Notes: a model not told the origin generated them from the letters alone. Counted from the first letter of the stretch, positions 49,501 to 63,701 are shown. The stretch is 64,000 nt of DNA from Antedon mediterranea (GCF_964355755.1 NC_092672.1:30076437-30140436); one strand, 5' to 3'. Numbers and translations are program-made.

Positions 49501-51837
49501 GAACGCCTATAATAAAAATGTTACAGATAAAAGCTAAACGTAACGAAAGGTAATATTTCTTTTCTGTTTATAAAGCCGGGACTTATATATTTATATTCTT
49601 TGTGAATTAATCCCGCGAGGTACCGTAGTTTTGGAAGTTCTTCACCCATACCTTGTGCGTGATCCTGTTCTATGCTCAGTTTACATTTTAATTGTAATTA
49701 CAGTACACGATTTTTAAAATGTCTATCCCTGTCTTCATATCAATGGTTGCATTTCTTAATTATGATCGGGTTGTGATTTTGAAAAACGGGCGTTTAGCAA
49801 GGGTGTGAGGGTAGATGGGTATGATCCACCACCAAAACATTCCCCAACCCCTCCTATTTTTATTTAAAGGGAGTACAATTTTTGTTTAAAATTGAAACAT
49901 ACATTTTGACCATTGAATGTATTTGCCCTTCTGTTTAATATTTAGGAAGTCGTTTAAACTTCTTGGGTGAAAATGTATACCGTGTTTTGTTTTATCTTCA
50001 AAATTCCGTCCATGTTATGTGTTGGTTAATGTTAATTGAACGGTTCCGTTTAAACCGCCTAGACTTGTCATATCAATCGGGTGGCTTGGCTGAAATTGTT
50101 TCCGTTTTTCTCTCCCCAAATCCGTCCACTATTACCGTTATGTTATGTGTTGGTTAACGTTACTTGAACGCTTCTGTTTAGACAACAATTGGGCGGGCGG
50201 AAAGGGCGGGCGGAGAGGGAAGATAATCCGCGGCAAGCAGAAAACAATTTATATAGTAGGCCTACTGCCTAATCAATTTACCAGTGAACACGGAAAAAGG
50301 CCTTATTATTAGGTTATAAATTATATTGTACTTCGTTTCAGTAAAATTATCGTTAATTGGTCCTCGCGATTAGACGAATATTACACCCGTGTGTAATTAA
50401 TCTTGAATCTTCTTTATTGTAACCTTTATATTATTACGATATCGCATAAACATCTGTATAGGATAACTGGCCATAGTCTTAGGTCTGCGAAAACAATTCT
50501 AAGAAAATGCTGAGCAAATACAATGTAACATTCATAATACTCGATATGGTAATTTAATTAATTCCATATTATTCTTCACATGCAAATTACTTCCAGTTTT
50601 CGGGTATTTCCAGTTTTGTTACTAAAAGGACTGAGGGCGGCATACTTAAATAGTTACTTATCAAAGGACATTGGTAAAGTAAATCGGAATTGCAGGCCAA
50701 ATGCCGTGTAATTTTTGTTTGACGATTTTGTTGTTGTTGTTGTGAAATAAATAATTGTTTTCGTTGTTAGTAACTAGTTTTTAACGCATATAAGATGTAA
50801 ACGACTGTTATTAGTATGAATAGCTGGGGTTAGCGTCAGAGAATATAAAAATAATGTTAATTGTTTTCACGACACAAAACAACAGTTATTACCTGGTTTA
50901 GACGAAAACAAATCTAGAGAGCGTAGTCAATAGTGAGTAACGTAGGCGCGAAACAAACCGTTTATAATCTTCACTATAGGCATGAGTCTCTTCTAACTAT
51001 AAACACTGGCTGGTGAGGTGAGAAAGTTTTTCTTGAGTCCTGTTTTGCTGTGCAAAAGTTTAGTGCGCCCTCAGTATTACGTGTGAGGCGCATCAACGAT
51101 CTCAAAGAGTTTAGGTAAATTAGTCGCAAGAGAACAAAATTATGACTCGATTGAGAAGTTAATCATCTGGGATTATTTTTTAAAGAGATGGCGGAGCTTT
51201 TCGAATGCAACAATACGACACAAGGTTAGAAATAAAGCAAACTCACAAACAATCGAGTGTATTTAGATGAAACAAGTCAAAACTACTTTTTTTTACTTTT
51301 GAAATTTATTATTCCTTTTAATGTATTTTTCCTTGTATACCGTTACATCAAGTCACTGTTATAAAGTGACCTTTCAGTATAATGATCCAATTAAAAATGT
51401 TGTGGTTTTTTTTATATTTAAACAATGGAATCGATTTATGCTAAGTCACTGATTTCACTCAGAACGAAAGCTGTAATATTATGTTACATTTCAATGATGT
51501 GTTTGTCCTTAATGACTTCACAATCATTGCCTTTGTAATTTTTTCATAATTGATACGTTTTAGTTTTAGTATTTCCTTATTTAACAAATAATGTATTGAT
51601 AACGTATTGAAGGCAAAAAGGAATTTCATTTCATATTATTTCCTCGAGTATTGAACACTAATTTATGGATCATCATTACACAATAATGTACATCTTCGAT
51701 ATGTCCGACAAGATTGACCAATCCATGCCTCGGATTTTTATCACACGGACGAAATAAATAAACGCAACATCTTTCAGCTGAACTTTCAATATAGCAGTCG
51801 AGGTCCATGCTTTTCACAAGATCTATAAAGCATAAAC

Positions 51838-54800
51838 ATGCCTAGTTCGGGATTTATATTAGGCCTACTCCTTTTTTACGCTGTATTTGTAGACGGAGTA
51901 TTTCAGTTAAGACCCATATCAACGATTTATATTCCGTCAGGATACGATTCCGATGATTCTCCGAGCTACGAAATCGACGGAGGAGCGATCGAGCAAAGCG
52001 CGTATGATAATGTCAACAAACTTGTATATGGTGCTGGTAGGTAACAGTGACATTTTAGAAACGGGGAGCAACGGGGAGTGGACCTAGGTTTTTTTTTTTG
52101 TATCCGCGTAGGCCTATGAGAGCAAACATTCGTCGTCAATGGCGCTCCAAAATAACATATTGATATAGTATTATTAGCGTTTGCATAACAAACAAAAATC
52201 GTAAAATGCAATATATACTATCTTAGAATTCAGGTTAGTTCGTGTTTGTATTCCAATCCCGGAGTTCTGGGTTCAAGCTCTTTAATAGGACAGAACGGGC
52301 AATGTGCAAATACAAAACAAATATTCGTTTTAGATTATCAGTATTATTTAAAAAAGTAACCCGTTACGGTCTTTTTCTGCCTTACTTGTGTGGTTATACT
52401 TCGCATGGGATGAGTAAGTATAAAAGCGCACCCTGGTAAATGTACTCGTTGGCGTCGCGTGATCCTGAAGTGCAGTACAGTATACAAACCTCTTCAGAGG
52501 ACCCACCCAACCAAAATCTTCCCGTGAAACGAGCAATTAATGTTTTTTAACTTTTTAACACTCAAGCGACAACCCTAATATTGTCATTCCCTTGGCATAT
52601 ACTGAAAATAACTCTTTATGTCTACAGAAGAATTAGCTTCAAGATTTTATTGTGTTCAAATTCGCAGGTTCTTCCTTCATACACGTGATAGATTTCTCCA
52701 ACGCATCCAACCCAATCATCATAAAGAAGGTTCACACACCAGGAGTCGCTAATGACATCGAGTTATGTGGTGACTTCGTAGCTGTAACTGTCTCCAATAA
52801 TGATCCATATCAACCAGGGACAGTACTTATATTTAGTTTGTACAACAAGACAGATGACAGTTTCCAAATTATTCAAAATATAACAGGTTTTGTATCAATA
52901 TTATTTTGTTCTTCTGACAATCGTTTGAATACGAATTTTAACTTGTAACATTCTACTTTAACGTTAAAATTGTATCAATGTGATGACAATCCTTTATTTT
53001 ATTTATATATTACGCTACCTTATGATTTGTGAATGATTAATATGATTTTACTAATGTTATGTATATAAATTGAATTATGCTTAAGTGTAGTTATATTTGT
53101 ATAATTGCTTTGTATGACATGTACTGTGATCATTTACATCTCAATTGGATTTATAATTCTACTTCAGTAAAATTAAATTGAACTCACGATACGTTAGATT
53201 GAATTATAACTAAATGTAATTACATTGTATGTATTTGTATTAATGTACTATGTGCCTTTTAACAATATTGATCTAGTATATCTATCTTTTAATTGTACAT
53301 ATAATTATACTAAATTATAATTGAGTAAAAAGTTAAATTTACTTATATTAAGTATATATATCTGTATTTGTGATCTGTATAGATATACTAGATCAATATT
53401 GTTAAAAGGCACATAGTACATTAATACAAATACATACAATGTAATTACATTTCTTGTTAATTCTGGAAGATTTAATTGATGTTTCTGTTAGTTGTTTTAA
53501 AATGTTGTATTTGTTAATCTGAGGCGCCTTGAAGCTAAGGTGGTTCCATCTTGTAAGGCGCCTCTGTGTAATATACTGAATAAAAAAAATAAAAAAAATA
53601 TATATCTGTATGATCATTTACCTTTGAATTATACATACTTAAATTTAATTTATAGCCTACTTACTTTTTTTTTAATTATTTTATTTATACTTACTGTATA
53701 TTTAATCGTATTGTGTTTTCAATAAAAATGCATGCTCCTCTCCAAATCCATTTGATCATTTACCTCTGAATTGTACTTAAGTAAAATTGTATTTTACGTA
53801 AGCAAAATGCTAAGTTATATAGAAGTATACTTAAGTTTATTGTGACGAATAATCGTTCTTATCGAGTATAAATTAATGTATAAATACATCTTTTTAAAGT
53901 TGGCAGCGAACCAGACATGTTAAAGTTTACAAAAAACTGCAGGAGTATTGTAGTTGCGAATGAAGGCGAGGCATTTACAAGTACTGATGGAAATGATATT
54001 GTTAACCCAGAAGGATCGCTATCAATTATTACATTCGCTTCAAACGATCTTTCGAAATCTCCAAACGTTTCAAATGCAGATTTTCAGAAATTCAATTCAA
54101 TGTAGGTATTATTTAAATATTATGCATTAATATTACATTTCAATAATAATAACTATTGATTTTAAAGTATCATAACGTGCTATGCAATAAATAGTGTATG
54201 GTGAAGAGATGTCTTGTATAATTATTACCTTCTTTAAATTATTGGAAAGTCGAATGGCTGTGTAAGAGGCCCTTGTCTGTTTAGGCGTGATAGTGCGATC
54301 ACTCACCTAGAACACACCTGAAATAGCCCGAGGTGCTTCATTCGCATGACATTTGGTAAACTTTCATAAACCAATAATAACCAATATACAAATCACACAC
54401 CTACAGCACCCCTCAATGTGTTGAGGAGTGCGAGGGCATTTGACGCCCTATGTTGGACGTTGGATTACTGATCGTGGTTCGAATTAAACTCTCGCCGCAT
54501 TGCTTGTATCCTTAGGCAAGATACTTTACTTACATTTGCCTCTCTCCACCCAGTGTATAAAATGGGCACCGTTCAGATCAAGACACTTTGCGCTGATTGC
54601 TAGTTTTATTTTCATGGGAGAATGTATCCATACGTGTTTGATTAAAAAAATGACCGGAGTAATAATGTGCAGCGCATTGAGAGCTTGTTTATAACATGCG
54701 CTATGGATGAATGAATTATTACTATTATTATTTGTTGCACATCGGTATTTTTCAAAGACAATTAAGACCTATAAAAACAGCTTTAAAGTACATTAAAAAA

Positions 54801-57800
54801 ATAACTATTGCGCATGTTCAACGATCGTCTGAAAATTATGACAGACGTACCTGATTGATCTTAAGTAAGTATGGAGCGCCGCACTATGGAACGCATAAGT
54901 ATTATGGATCTTTGTCTCAGATTATACAATACACGATAATGAAGGAATTAAATCTGTGCAACTAACTTCTTATTCTTTATTTTAGGTCGGACGAGCTCGA
55001 GGCGAAATACGTAAGATATCCGTACAAAGGGTACATTAGCAAACAAAAAGATACATTCTCGCAGAACATGGAACCAGAATACATAGCTTTTAGTAGTGAT
55101 GAATCTAAAGCTTACGTTGCCCTTCAGGTACCGTTAATATACTTATTCAGCAGGCATGTCTTTTATCCTCGTATGCTACCGTCGTCGGTCCCCACTACGG
55201 CTAGTCTTAACTAGCAAACTTTATCAACATTTTGCAACGCCGAGTTTGCCATTGTTCATTAAAACACTCGATTCTGTAGCTGTAACGTCACTAGATAGAA
55301 TCTAACTGTCTATCGCAAGTCAATTACTGGAGGCTGTTATTTTACTCACCTGCAGATTCAAGAATGGCCTAACTATAGCGAATAGCGACAGTTCTTATCA
55401 TTCCTGGCTTGTGATGATTGGTGGTCACATTACTGGCATCTTTTGGGATTCCTAAAACAATCAAATTAACCAGAAAAGAGTGAAATTTAGAGGTCACTCT
55501 TTCCAGGTTATTAAACGTTCTTTTCTTTTTTTTTACAGGAGAATAATGCCATTGCTATTGTTGATATGGCAACAAGCTCAGTTGAATATATTGTCGGCTT
55601 GGGGATAAAGTCTTGGAAAGACCTTAAGCTAGACGCAAGTGATAAAGATTCAGGTACTAAATGGTTGTCGGAACCCAAAATCAGTCTAAAATGAAAAAAA
55701 GACATGCAGTTTTCAATATGATAATTACTTATACTCCATGCCTGGTGTCTCATTAGCAAAATACAGTATAGAACGCTTCCTTTTGGACACCACTATTCAA
55801 GTCGAGACACCTCTAAAAGGGAACACTTTCCTTTTTTTAGACACAAGACGGGTGATGTTTTAACACTTCGGGCAGCCCCTTTTCAGAAGGAGAAACCGTT
55901 ATGTTTAGTCATCATGTTTTGTGTCGGTAGAGGTTCTACTGTAACAATATTTCTCTTTTTAGGTATCAATATGAAATCATGGCCAGTGTACAGTTTCTAT
56001 CAGCCAGACAGTATAATTCATTATGAAATTAATGGAGTTGAGTACATCGCGACTGCTAATGAAGGTGATTCGATTACTTACAGAACAGATGACAGTAAAT
56101 GGGAGGAAGATAAACGAGGAGAAAAATTGGTCAAAGGTCAGATACATCGCAACTGAAATCATTGCTAATGTTATTAATATACCATAAACATGAATTTAAT
56201 TTAATAGAAAATTACTTTCAGTGCTTTCTGGTATACATACATACATACATACAGATGATTAAATATAATAATGAAGAAACATTTGTGTACAAAGTTAATA
56301 TAGTTTTCAATCATTTTTCTATTGAGAATAATCATTTTGAAATTACGTCCTTTTCTTTTCTCCTTTTTCTTTTTCCTAATACTTTGGAAATTACGCACTA
56401 TTTTACACGGATGTGAATATTCATATTTCCACATGAATATGTATATTTCTACAGTAAACTATGTGCATTATCTTTAATCTTCCATTTGAAGTACTCTTCC
56501 TTAATTTAACACAAGACAAAAACTTACCATTTTGCACATTTCCACATGGATATTCATATTTCCACTATTTTCACATAATGTTGGCCATTATCATCTCTTT
56601 CAGAGTCGCTGCTTTCTGGAAACATGTCACAAACCGTCAAGATGTATCTGGAAAATAAAGTTGAACTTGGTAATTATTTTATTAAATAATATTTAATTTA
56701 ATTTAATTATCAAACAATTATCAGGGGTCAGGTTTAACAAAGTTGCTTAGCAAAAATCATTTGTCACTTTTCTAAATAAATATATAATAAATATTTCTAC
56801 GTATTAAAAAAATATAGTCTATACCACTCCAACCCCCTCTCTTATTTTTGTTTATTGAATCCAAAAATATATATATTAAACGTTTTGATTTGGAAAAATT
56901 CAACAAAAAAAAAGACATACTTGCGTAGTTCATGAGATATCAAAATATGAATGTTTTCAGGTCGTCTGCAGTTCAGTACAGTTGATGGGTTGGACAATGA
57001 TGGCAAGATTGAAACATTGTTCCACTATGGCGGGCGAAGTTGGTCAATATTTAGAATAGAAAATAACAACTTAACCATGTTATACGACAGTGGAGACGAG
57101 ATTGAACGTATGATGGCACTAAACTATCCAGACGTGTTTAATGGTGATACTAAACCAGACGACCCAAGTGAAGAAACACCAGAAGAGCTCTTTGACTCCA
57201 GATCAGATAACAAGGTAACTTGGTACACTAGTGACCTTAGTCGGATATTAAAAGTATTCAATACAGCCCGACTCGTTTCTAGATGACTTGCAATATATAG
57301 TCAGTTAGCCTCTATCTAGTGACAGTGGTATAGTAGGCCTTGGGCTTTCGCTACAAATTTCCAAAAAGGGTTCAACTTGACAGGCGAAAATTCAAGAGGG
57401 TTGTCAATACTTTTGGAAATTGTTATGTGTAAATTGTGTTCTAAGTCTGTAGTTGTTGTATTTGTTTAGTTTACCAATATCGGGGTTTCGATTTTTGTCT
57501 GGGAACTACTACTTCGAGATCAATTATTACACATATGAAACGTCATGTGTGTCAAAATATTTCTCTTTTTTACAACTATTAAATTGAAATGCAGTCTAAC
57601 CTAGACGTACTAACAAGCAGTAAAACATCAGGAACTAAAGTTTGGTTTTTTACACTTTTCATCAGTAACAATGTACATGGGTGGATCGACATGTGGAGAT
57701 ATTACTTTTAATGCTGCTATGCAGATTTCTTTTTCCAGAAATAATAATTATTTGTATATGATTCAGGGACCAGAATGTGAGTCATTGGCATTTGGTGAGA

Positions 57801-58975
57801 TCGATGGAAACAAACTGATATTTGTTGGTAATGATAGGTCATCCTCTATTATGATATACAAGCTAAGCACAGAAGGACATCCAACTTTTCAATCGATCTT
57901 TCGTGCTGGTGGAACTGACGAAACATTCACAGCACTTTTAGATAAAAGAAATCTAGGAGATTTGGACCCAGAAGATCTAAGGTAAGGCATGGTTATACGT
58001 TTACTATTTATCACGCCATCACTTGATTCTATTAACCGTGATTTACACTAGGACACAACGCAATGGCGTAAGTCGGAACGCAAGAAAATTGACCAATTAA
58101 AAGCGACGGATTATTTTAACTGTATAAATGTATACATTATGTAATCGTTCTTAAATCATGCATAACGAAGAGTAACTACCGCCATCATAATTCTGTGATT
58201 TTTTCTTATGCCTGTTTCGCATGACTCTTCGCTCCAATTTAACACGAGTTATAATACCAGCAATTTCCATTTTGGCATCTTTTGCTCATTATTACACATA
58301 ATTATCAAGTTACAAGTTATTATACAACTTAAAACAGTTATTGTCCAATAAATGTTAATATCATGTTAAATTGCATTATGTTAATTTAGATTCATTCCAA
58401 AAGATGAGAGCCCAACTGGTTCAGCAACACTTCTTGTAACCAGTACCGTTAGTGGAACTTTGACACTGTATGAAATTCCGGATGTACAAGGTATAATACA
58501 GCTGATTTTCCACTAGGCAAATTTGACAGCGTGAATCGAAAACGTCAGCTTATACGCATGCGTAGAGAGGGATTTTGAAGATGGAAACATCTTCATGATC
58601 ATCATGACGATTTCGGGCAAATAAATTTGCCTAGTGGAAAGTAGGCGTAATACAGTTTATCACTGTGTGCCCTTGTATTGTAGGATTTGTACACATATAG
58701 ATATTAGACATGACTTGCAACATTTTACTGGCTGTTTTACTTCATCGTTTGATTTAGCAACATAGTATGATATTTTGGATGTAGACCTACAAGGTATCTG
58801 GTACAATATTCATTGTGTTGCCCTTGTATTAAGATAGCTTTAACAAAAATGATTTTTCTTCTGTTTTATTTGTTTCCCCACAGATACAAGTCCTTCTTCA
58901 ACGTACCAGCTAAAAGCAGTCAATTTACTTCTAATAATCACTCTAGCTGCTATTTCGAAGTTCCTAACTATTTAG
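51838..58975 (+). CDS. MSP130-related mesenchyme-specific cell surface glycoprotein (bacterial alkaline-phosphatase-like/choice-of-anchor I type), signal peptide plus GPI-type tail, about 592 aa
   Basis: 11 phase-consistent GT-AG exons: 51838-52036, 52668-52886, 53900-54101, 54986-55127, 55539-55653, 55963-56136, 56604-56669, 56961-57214, 57767-57981, 58390-58490, 58884-58975 (1779 nt). Motifs VGSEPDML, VVANEGE, NPEGSLS, MEPEYI, LQENNAIA, LDASDKD, YQPD, TANEGD, YGGRSWSIF, YDSGDEIE, FDSRSDNKGPECE, DPEDLRFIP, TVSGTLTLY. N-terminal signal peptide; C-terminal hydrophobic tail AVNLLLIITLAAISKFLTI. AATAAA at 59175. Confidence 0.92.
53212..53452. repeat. Perfect 74-bp inverted repeat with a 93-nt spacer in intron 2 of the MSP130-like gene
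   Basis: 53212-53285 is the reverse complement of 53379-53452. Confidence 0.9.
54440..54732 (+). mobile_element. SINE with CORE-like body and L2-type 3' tail
   Basis: B-box-like GTGGTTCGAA, body CCTTAGGCAAGATACTTTAC...CTCTCCACCCAGTGTATAAAATGGG, and tail GCGCATTGAG...GCGCTAT...(TTA)n. A related fragment lies at about 52240-52480. Confidence 0.6.
58501..58647. mobile_element. MITE in intron 10 of the MSP130-like gene
   Basis: Inverted ends TTTCCACTAGGCAAATTT / AAATTTGCCTAGTGGAAA. A degraded copy lies at about 60470-60530. Confidence 0.7.
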
Positions 58976-61134
58976 TTGCAATTACCGTAATATTCTCTAA
59001 CTTTTCAAATAACTTTGTTTTTGGGCTTTTTTGAAATTGTAGGCCTATAATACTGAATGCTGAAATGCTTTATTTGTCCACTAAAAATAACAATGGAAAT
59101 TCTTCCTTAAGATTGCCAAAATACTATCATAATGTCGTAATAATGCAGATATAATAATGCAGTTTTAAATTTTGAATAAAAGTCTGATAAATTATTTAAG
59201 AGTTTGTTTAATTCATCGGATTTTACAATAACAAGGAACCTGTTTTATTAATTTCTCATTGAAGAGTAAAGTTGAGACTTTGTCAAGGTTACATTTACAT
59301 CTACAAATCGATTTCACCATATTTCACTAACCAAAGCTTAGACAAGGAAAGTCCACGGGTATCCGGACTTCTGGAACCTAGCAAGTAATCACATCAAACA
59401 CCGGTGACGTATAAAAATGGTACGCAAATCACATCACTGGTGACGTATACGTTGATACGTTGGAAGAAGCGGACATGAAGAGAGGGTGTTCTGAAACCAA
59501 TCAGACGGCTGCAGGAAGTTCTTTGGTTTAATAGTGTCAATTGCAGCTTCTCAATTGCACTATAAAAACAGTTCATGTAATATCTTTGCTGCATAATATC
59601 ATAAGTCTATGTGAACTAATTTATCCATCGTCTGCTAAAACTGGAACTAATCCATGTAAGTATATATATCATATTACTGTTTTTATTGAATAGATATAAT
59701 TAATACTAATATTAATATTAATATTAATAGATATAATTAATACTCTTCTCCATGGAATAGCATATTAGGAATTTCTTTGGTAGCTTTTCGGGAGAATTTA
59801 GGACAGGCTTTTTTCGAATATTGTTTGCATAGACTAACTATTTCCTCATAATAATTGCTAAGCTTACGTACATAAAACAAACGAAACATAAAAGCATTTT
59901 TCTATCCCACACTGCTACTCTGGGCAAGCTGGGATGTGTGTGTTGATACAAGCAGAGAGTTTTACAAGTTCAACAACAGCATGGATAAGTATTTCTCTCT
60001 ATGGTATAAGCTAATCAAAATAATGTTTTTTTTCCTCCATTTTTTTCAAAAAATGAATAACGTTTTAAATATAGGCATTCTTTTGGTAGAATATTTCAAC
60101 ATAATTTAAGATAGATTTATGTTACATTATTCGCATGAATACTGGAAGAAAGAGAATGCATTGAGAGGTCATGTGTTTTTATGGAAATATTTGCTCATAA
60201 GAACTGTTATCTTGGAGAAAATTGAAATACGTGTTGGTACAAGTTATTTAATCAAAATATCTTCTTTTCTTTTCGAAGATGATTGAAGATATTGTTTATC
60301 AACATAACGATTGAAAATTAAATTATTCAAGTTTTAAATATTAAATCATGTTGACTTAAGAATAATTTCTTTTCATTTAGAGTTTGTCCTTCATGCATTA
60401 ATCATAACCAAAGCAAATAGATTGTCATGATCAAACTGCATAATATGGGTTTTTTCTTCTGATATTAGTCTTTTCACGTATTGCGATTCGATTCGCGCGA
60501 ACAAATTCGCCTAGTGGAAAATAGGCTTAATGCGTTGAGCTAAAGTAGAACATTGCATTACATCTGGAATTAAAATTATAGATTATAATGCATTTATACA
60601 AGCAACAGGCATGGGGTTATAATTATTAAGCCAGTCATATCTTTTTATTCGTCAATGCACTTTAAAGACATGTCTACACTATCGCACTAAAAAAAGTTTC
60701 CAAATATGGTTGTGATATGCCCAAATATTGTAGTGATATGATGTCATCGTGTGCATATATGATCACATCACATTTTGTTGTCTCATAAAGTTTGATAGTG
60801 TAAACAGAGTGCTTAAGACAGTTTGTTTGTAAGTCACAGACCTTTTTGTACTGATATATAATTATTGTATTTTCATGCCCAAGATTAGAGCTTAATTATG
60901 TGTATATTTTTTGAAAGAAATTCGCCCAGTGGGCCAACTCTCTCTCGACTATGCTTCTAATTGTACAATATGGGAAAAATAAACATATCGTTTTTTGTAA
61001 GAATCAAAAGTTTAGACTAAGAAACATTTGTATGTCAAAACTTTTAAAAAAAGAAACAAGTATAAACATAGTTGTTTTATTTCAACAACAATTTGTTGAT
61101 TTTTCAATAAGAACAGTCTGCAAGTCAAAACCTA

Positions 61135-61393
61135 ATATATATTTTTGTATTTGAGGCCATTCGCCTATTTATTCATTCACTATATACAATAATAGTATAT
61201 ATATGTTTGTATTTGGGGCCATTCGCCTATTTATTCATTCACTATATACAATAATAGTATATATATTTTTGTATTTGGGGCCATTCGCCTATTTATTCAT
61301 TCACTATATACAATAATAGTATATATATTTTTGTATTTGAGGCCATTCGCCTATTTATTCATTCACTATATACAATAATAGTATATATATTTT
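61135..61393. repeat. Tandem repeat, 62-bp unit, about 4 near-identical copies
   Basis: GCCATTCGCCTATTTATTCATTCAC recurs at 61156, 61218, 61280 and 61342. Confidence 0.95.
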
Positions 61394-61491
61394 TCTAAAT
61401 GTAACTTCATTCTATTTGTTTCTTTAAACCATAGAAATATGAAAAAAAAGTTAAACTGTTACACTGTAAAAGAAACTTATTTCAGTTTTAA

Positions 61492-62033
61492 AGCTCAGGT
61501 ACAGGCATGAATTTCAAGACGAAAAAACATGAATTTTCCTTAATATGGCCAAATACAACATTTTGCAAAATTCTTCCATAAAAACCAGGAAGACCTTTTT
61601 TCAGTAGTTAGGTAGTTAACCTAATGTAATAACATGTCTTGTGACTCCCTAGAAGGTGAAAAAAGATGGTGGATATACGGTGGATAATTTTTGCTATAGC
61701 ATGAAAATAAAAATTTGAAGTTGAATAAAAATTCCAGAAATGTAATATTCAAGTTATATTACCTATACTTAGTCATCTGATAAAATTTTTTACCACACTG
61801 TTTATTTTTCGTAGCTTTTTAAAATGCCTCTCTATTTACAAAATTTGTGTACAATAGAATAGAGATTTTACTGTGTAATTTGAACTATCCCCCTACTGAT
61901 AAGAAAGTGCTTATTTTCAACAAGCTCGTGTAACACAAATAAAATACCAAAAATTATGAAACATAGGGGAAACTATAGATCGATAATTATTGGAATGTAT
62001 GATCAATATAAATTTTTTGCCCGCACCTGGCCT
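61492..62033. mobile_element. Second Kolobok-like non-autonomous element
   Basis: TTAA|AGCTCAGGTACAGGCA...TGCCCGCACCTGGCCT|TTAA. The same left end is at about 10127-10155. Confidence 0.6.
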
Positions 62034-62264
62034 TTAACAACAATTTTAATTTTAGAAGAGAATTTTTTTTTTATCCAATGGATCAACAAAAACAAATTTC
62101 TCTTCTATGATATTAGGATACAGATGAATTTTGATTATATATTTTGATTATATATGGTAGAATTAAAAAATTAATAAAATAAAGCTGTGACACGCGACAT
62201 ATTTGTTGATAACACTGCAGTTTATTTGGGAAACTACTGTTCTTTATACACGTTGGTCTATCTT

Positions 62265-62385
62265 AAACAAGGCCAACAGCCATAAGTCGCGTGCTAAACG
62301 CATAGTGATACCGGACCGACAGACAGACCGACAGACCGACCGACCGACATAGTGAACTATAGAGTCACGTCCACGCAACTAAAAA
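62265..62385. mobile_element. Helentron-associated (HINE/DINE-1-like) element with (GACA/GACC)n microsatellite
   Basis: AAACAAGGCC...ACCGACAGACAGACCGAC...ATAGTGAACTATAG...ACTAAAAA. Further copies at 63814-63947 and about 44357-44449. Confidence 0.6.
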
Positions 62386-63514
62386 TGTATACTGTACTGG
62401 GCCTAAATGTGTGAGAAAATTGTGTATTCAAAAAATAAATTGTCACAATTCTGGGAAGAATCCTTTCACAAAACTTAATTGCAATACATCTATATTTGTC
62501 TGCATGATGGTGTAAGTGGAAGTGACTGACCTTGGCAATGGTGGAAATGATTTCATACAACAACCACAGTAACATTGATTTAATAAGTATCCGTGTACTG
62601 TATTAATAAATCATATTATTATTATCATAACGGAAATGACATTATCATCTACAAAGTAGTTTAGTCAAAAAGGTCAATGACCTTTTGTTAAACAATTGAG
62701 ATAATAATTCCCTGTAGGAAATCAATCGGTAAAACATGTGTCTTCTTTTATTGTTTTGAGATATATTATTGTTAGGCCTATATTGTTTATACCACAAGTA
62801 GGCCTAGTTATATAGGCCTATATATTATTACTCAGATCTTATCTCTCTCTCTCTTGGCACTTTGATCAAGAACTAGTCTGCAAACAGTAGTGTTTTACGA
62901 CAAATAATTGTGTAACGATATATAATACACTGTCTTCGTTGTGTACTAAAGGATTTGAAACTTTCAAGTAATGAGGTGTGTGAAGTTTCATGTTGGTGAT
63001 CATCAGATGACATTATTAGCTCCCTGACTGAGCAATTGTGGGAAGCAGGCAACTTTCGACATGAGGCATCAGGTGGCCATCAGTGACTTGTGGTCATGTA
63101 GTTACAACAAAATTGTTTCTTTATACGCATTTTGAAATTATGAGAGCTTTCGTTTTCACGTGCCATGTTGCAGCTCAAATAAAATTCCATTCTTCGCATG
63201 CTCAAACAAAAATGGGCATGAGCATAATTACTTTTGATTTTATTAATCCATTACAAAATCTAGAAAGCTTTTATTGTGGACAACAGTGACCCCAATTTCC
63301 CTTTATGAACATCCCCCTTCCACCACCTGTACAAAGCTACAGCTATAATGGACATATTTCACCAACCTTATATTGTAATTGAGTGGCGCATCTTGAACAC
63401 GTAAACTCTATAATTGTCGGGAAATCCAATAATAATAATAAGGTTAATCATAAATAATCAATTATAATTATAATTATAAACCAATGTTCCTTTTATATTT
63501 TTTTCTGATCTAGA

Positions 63515-63701
63515 ATGATGTTCTTAATCTTACATTTTCTAACTACATTATGCATTACGTCATTGGTTGACGGTGCCTTCGTCTTAAACCCAATATCAAC
63601 AGTGTACCTACATTACGATCTCCCGAACCTATTTAGATTCGATCGAGGCGCTGCCGAAATTAGTGCGTTTGATCCAGATACCAAATATGTCTATACAGTG
63701 G
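63515..63701 (+). CDS. First coding exon of a second MSP130-related paralogue (gene continues beyond the window)
   Basis: Signal peptide then VDGAFVLNPISTVYL...GAAEISAFDPDTKYVYTVG, which aligns with VDGVFQLRPISTIYI...GAIEQSAYDNVNKLVYGAG of the upstream gene. Same phase-1 donor position (G|GTAAGT at 63701/63702). Acceptor at 63512-63513. Confidence 0.88.

Noticed and set aside
51824-51829. TATA box for the MSP130-like gene
   Set aside because: TATAAA lies only about 8 nt before the ATG, too close for a functional TATA box. It is more likely 5' UTR, possibly just after a splice acceptor.
51838-58975. Bacterial contamination or a recent bacterial insert (alkaline-phosphatase-like protein)
   Set aside because: The gene has ten spliceosomal introns containing host repeats, a GPI-type tail and a poly(A) signal, so it is a long-domesticated animal gene.
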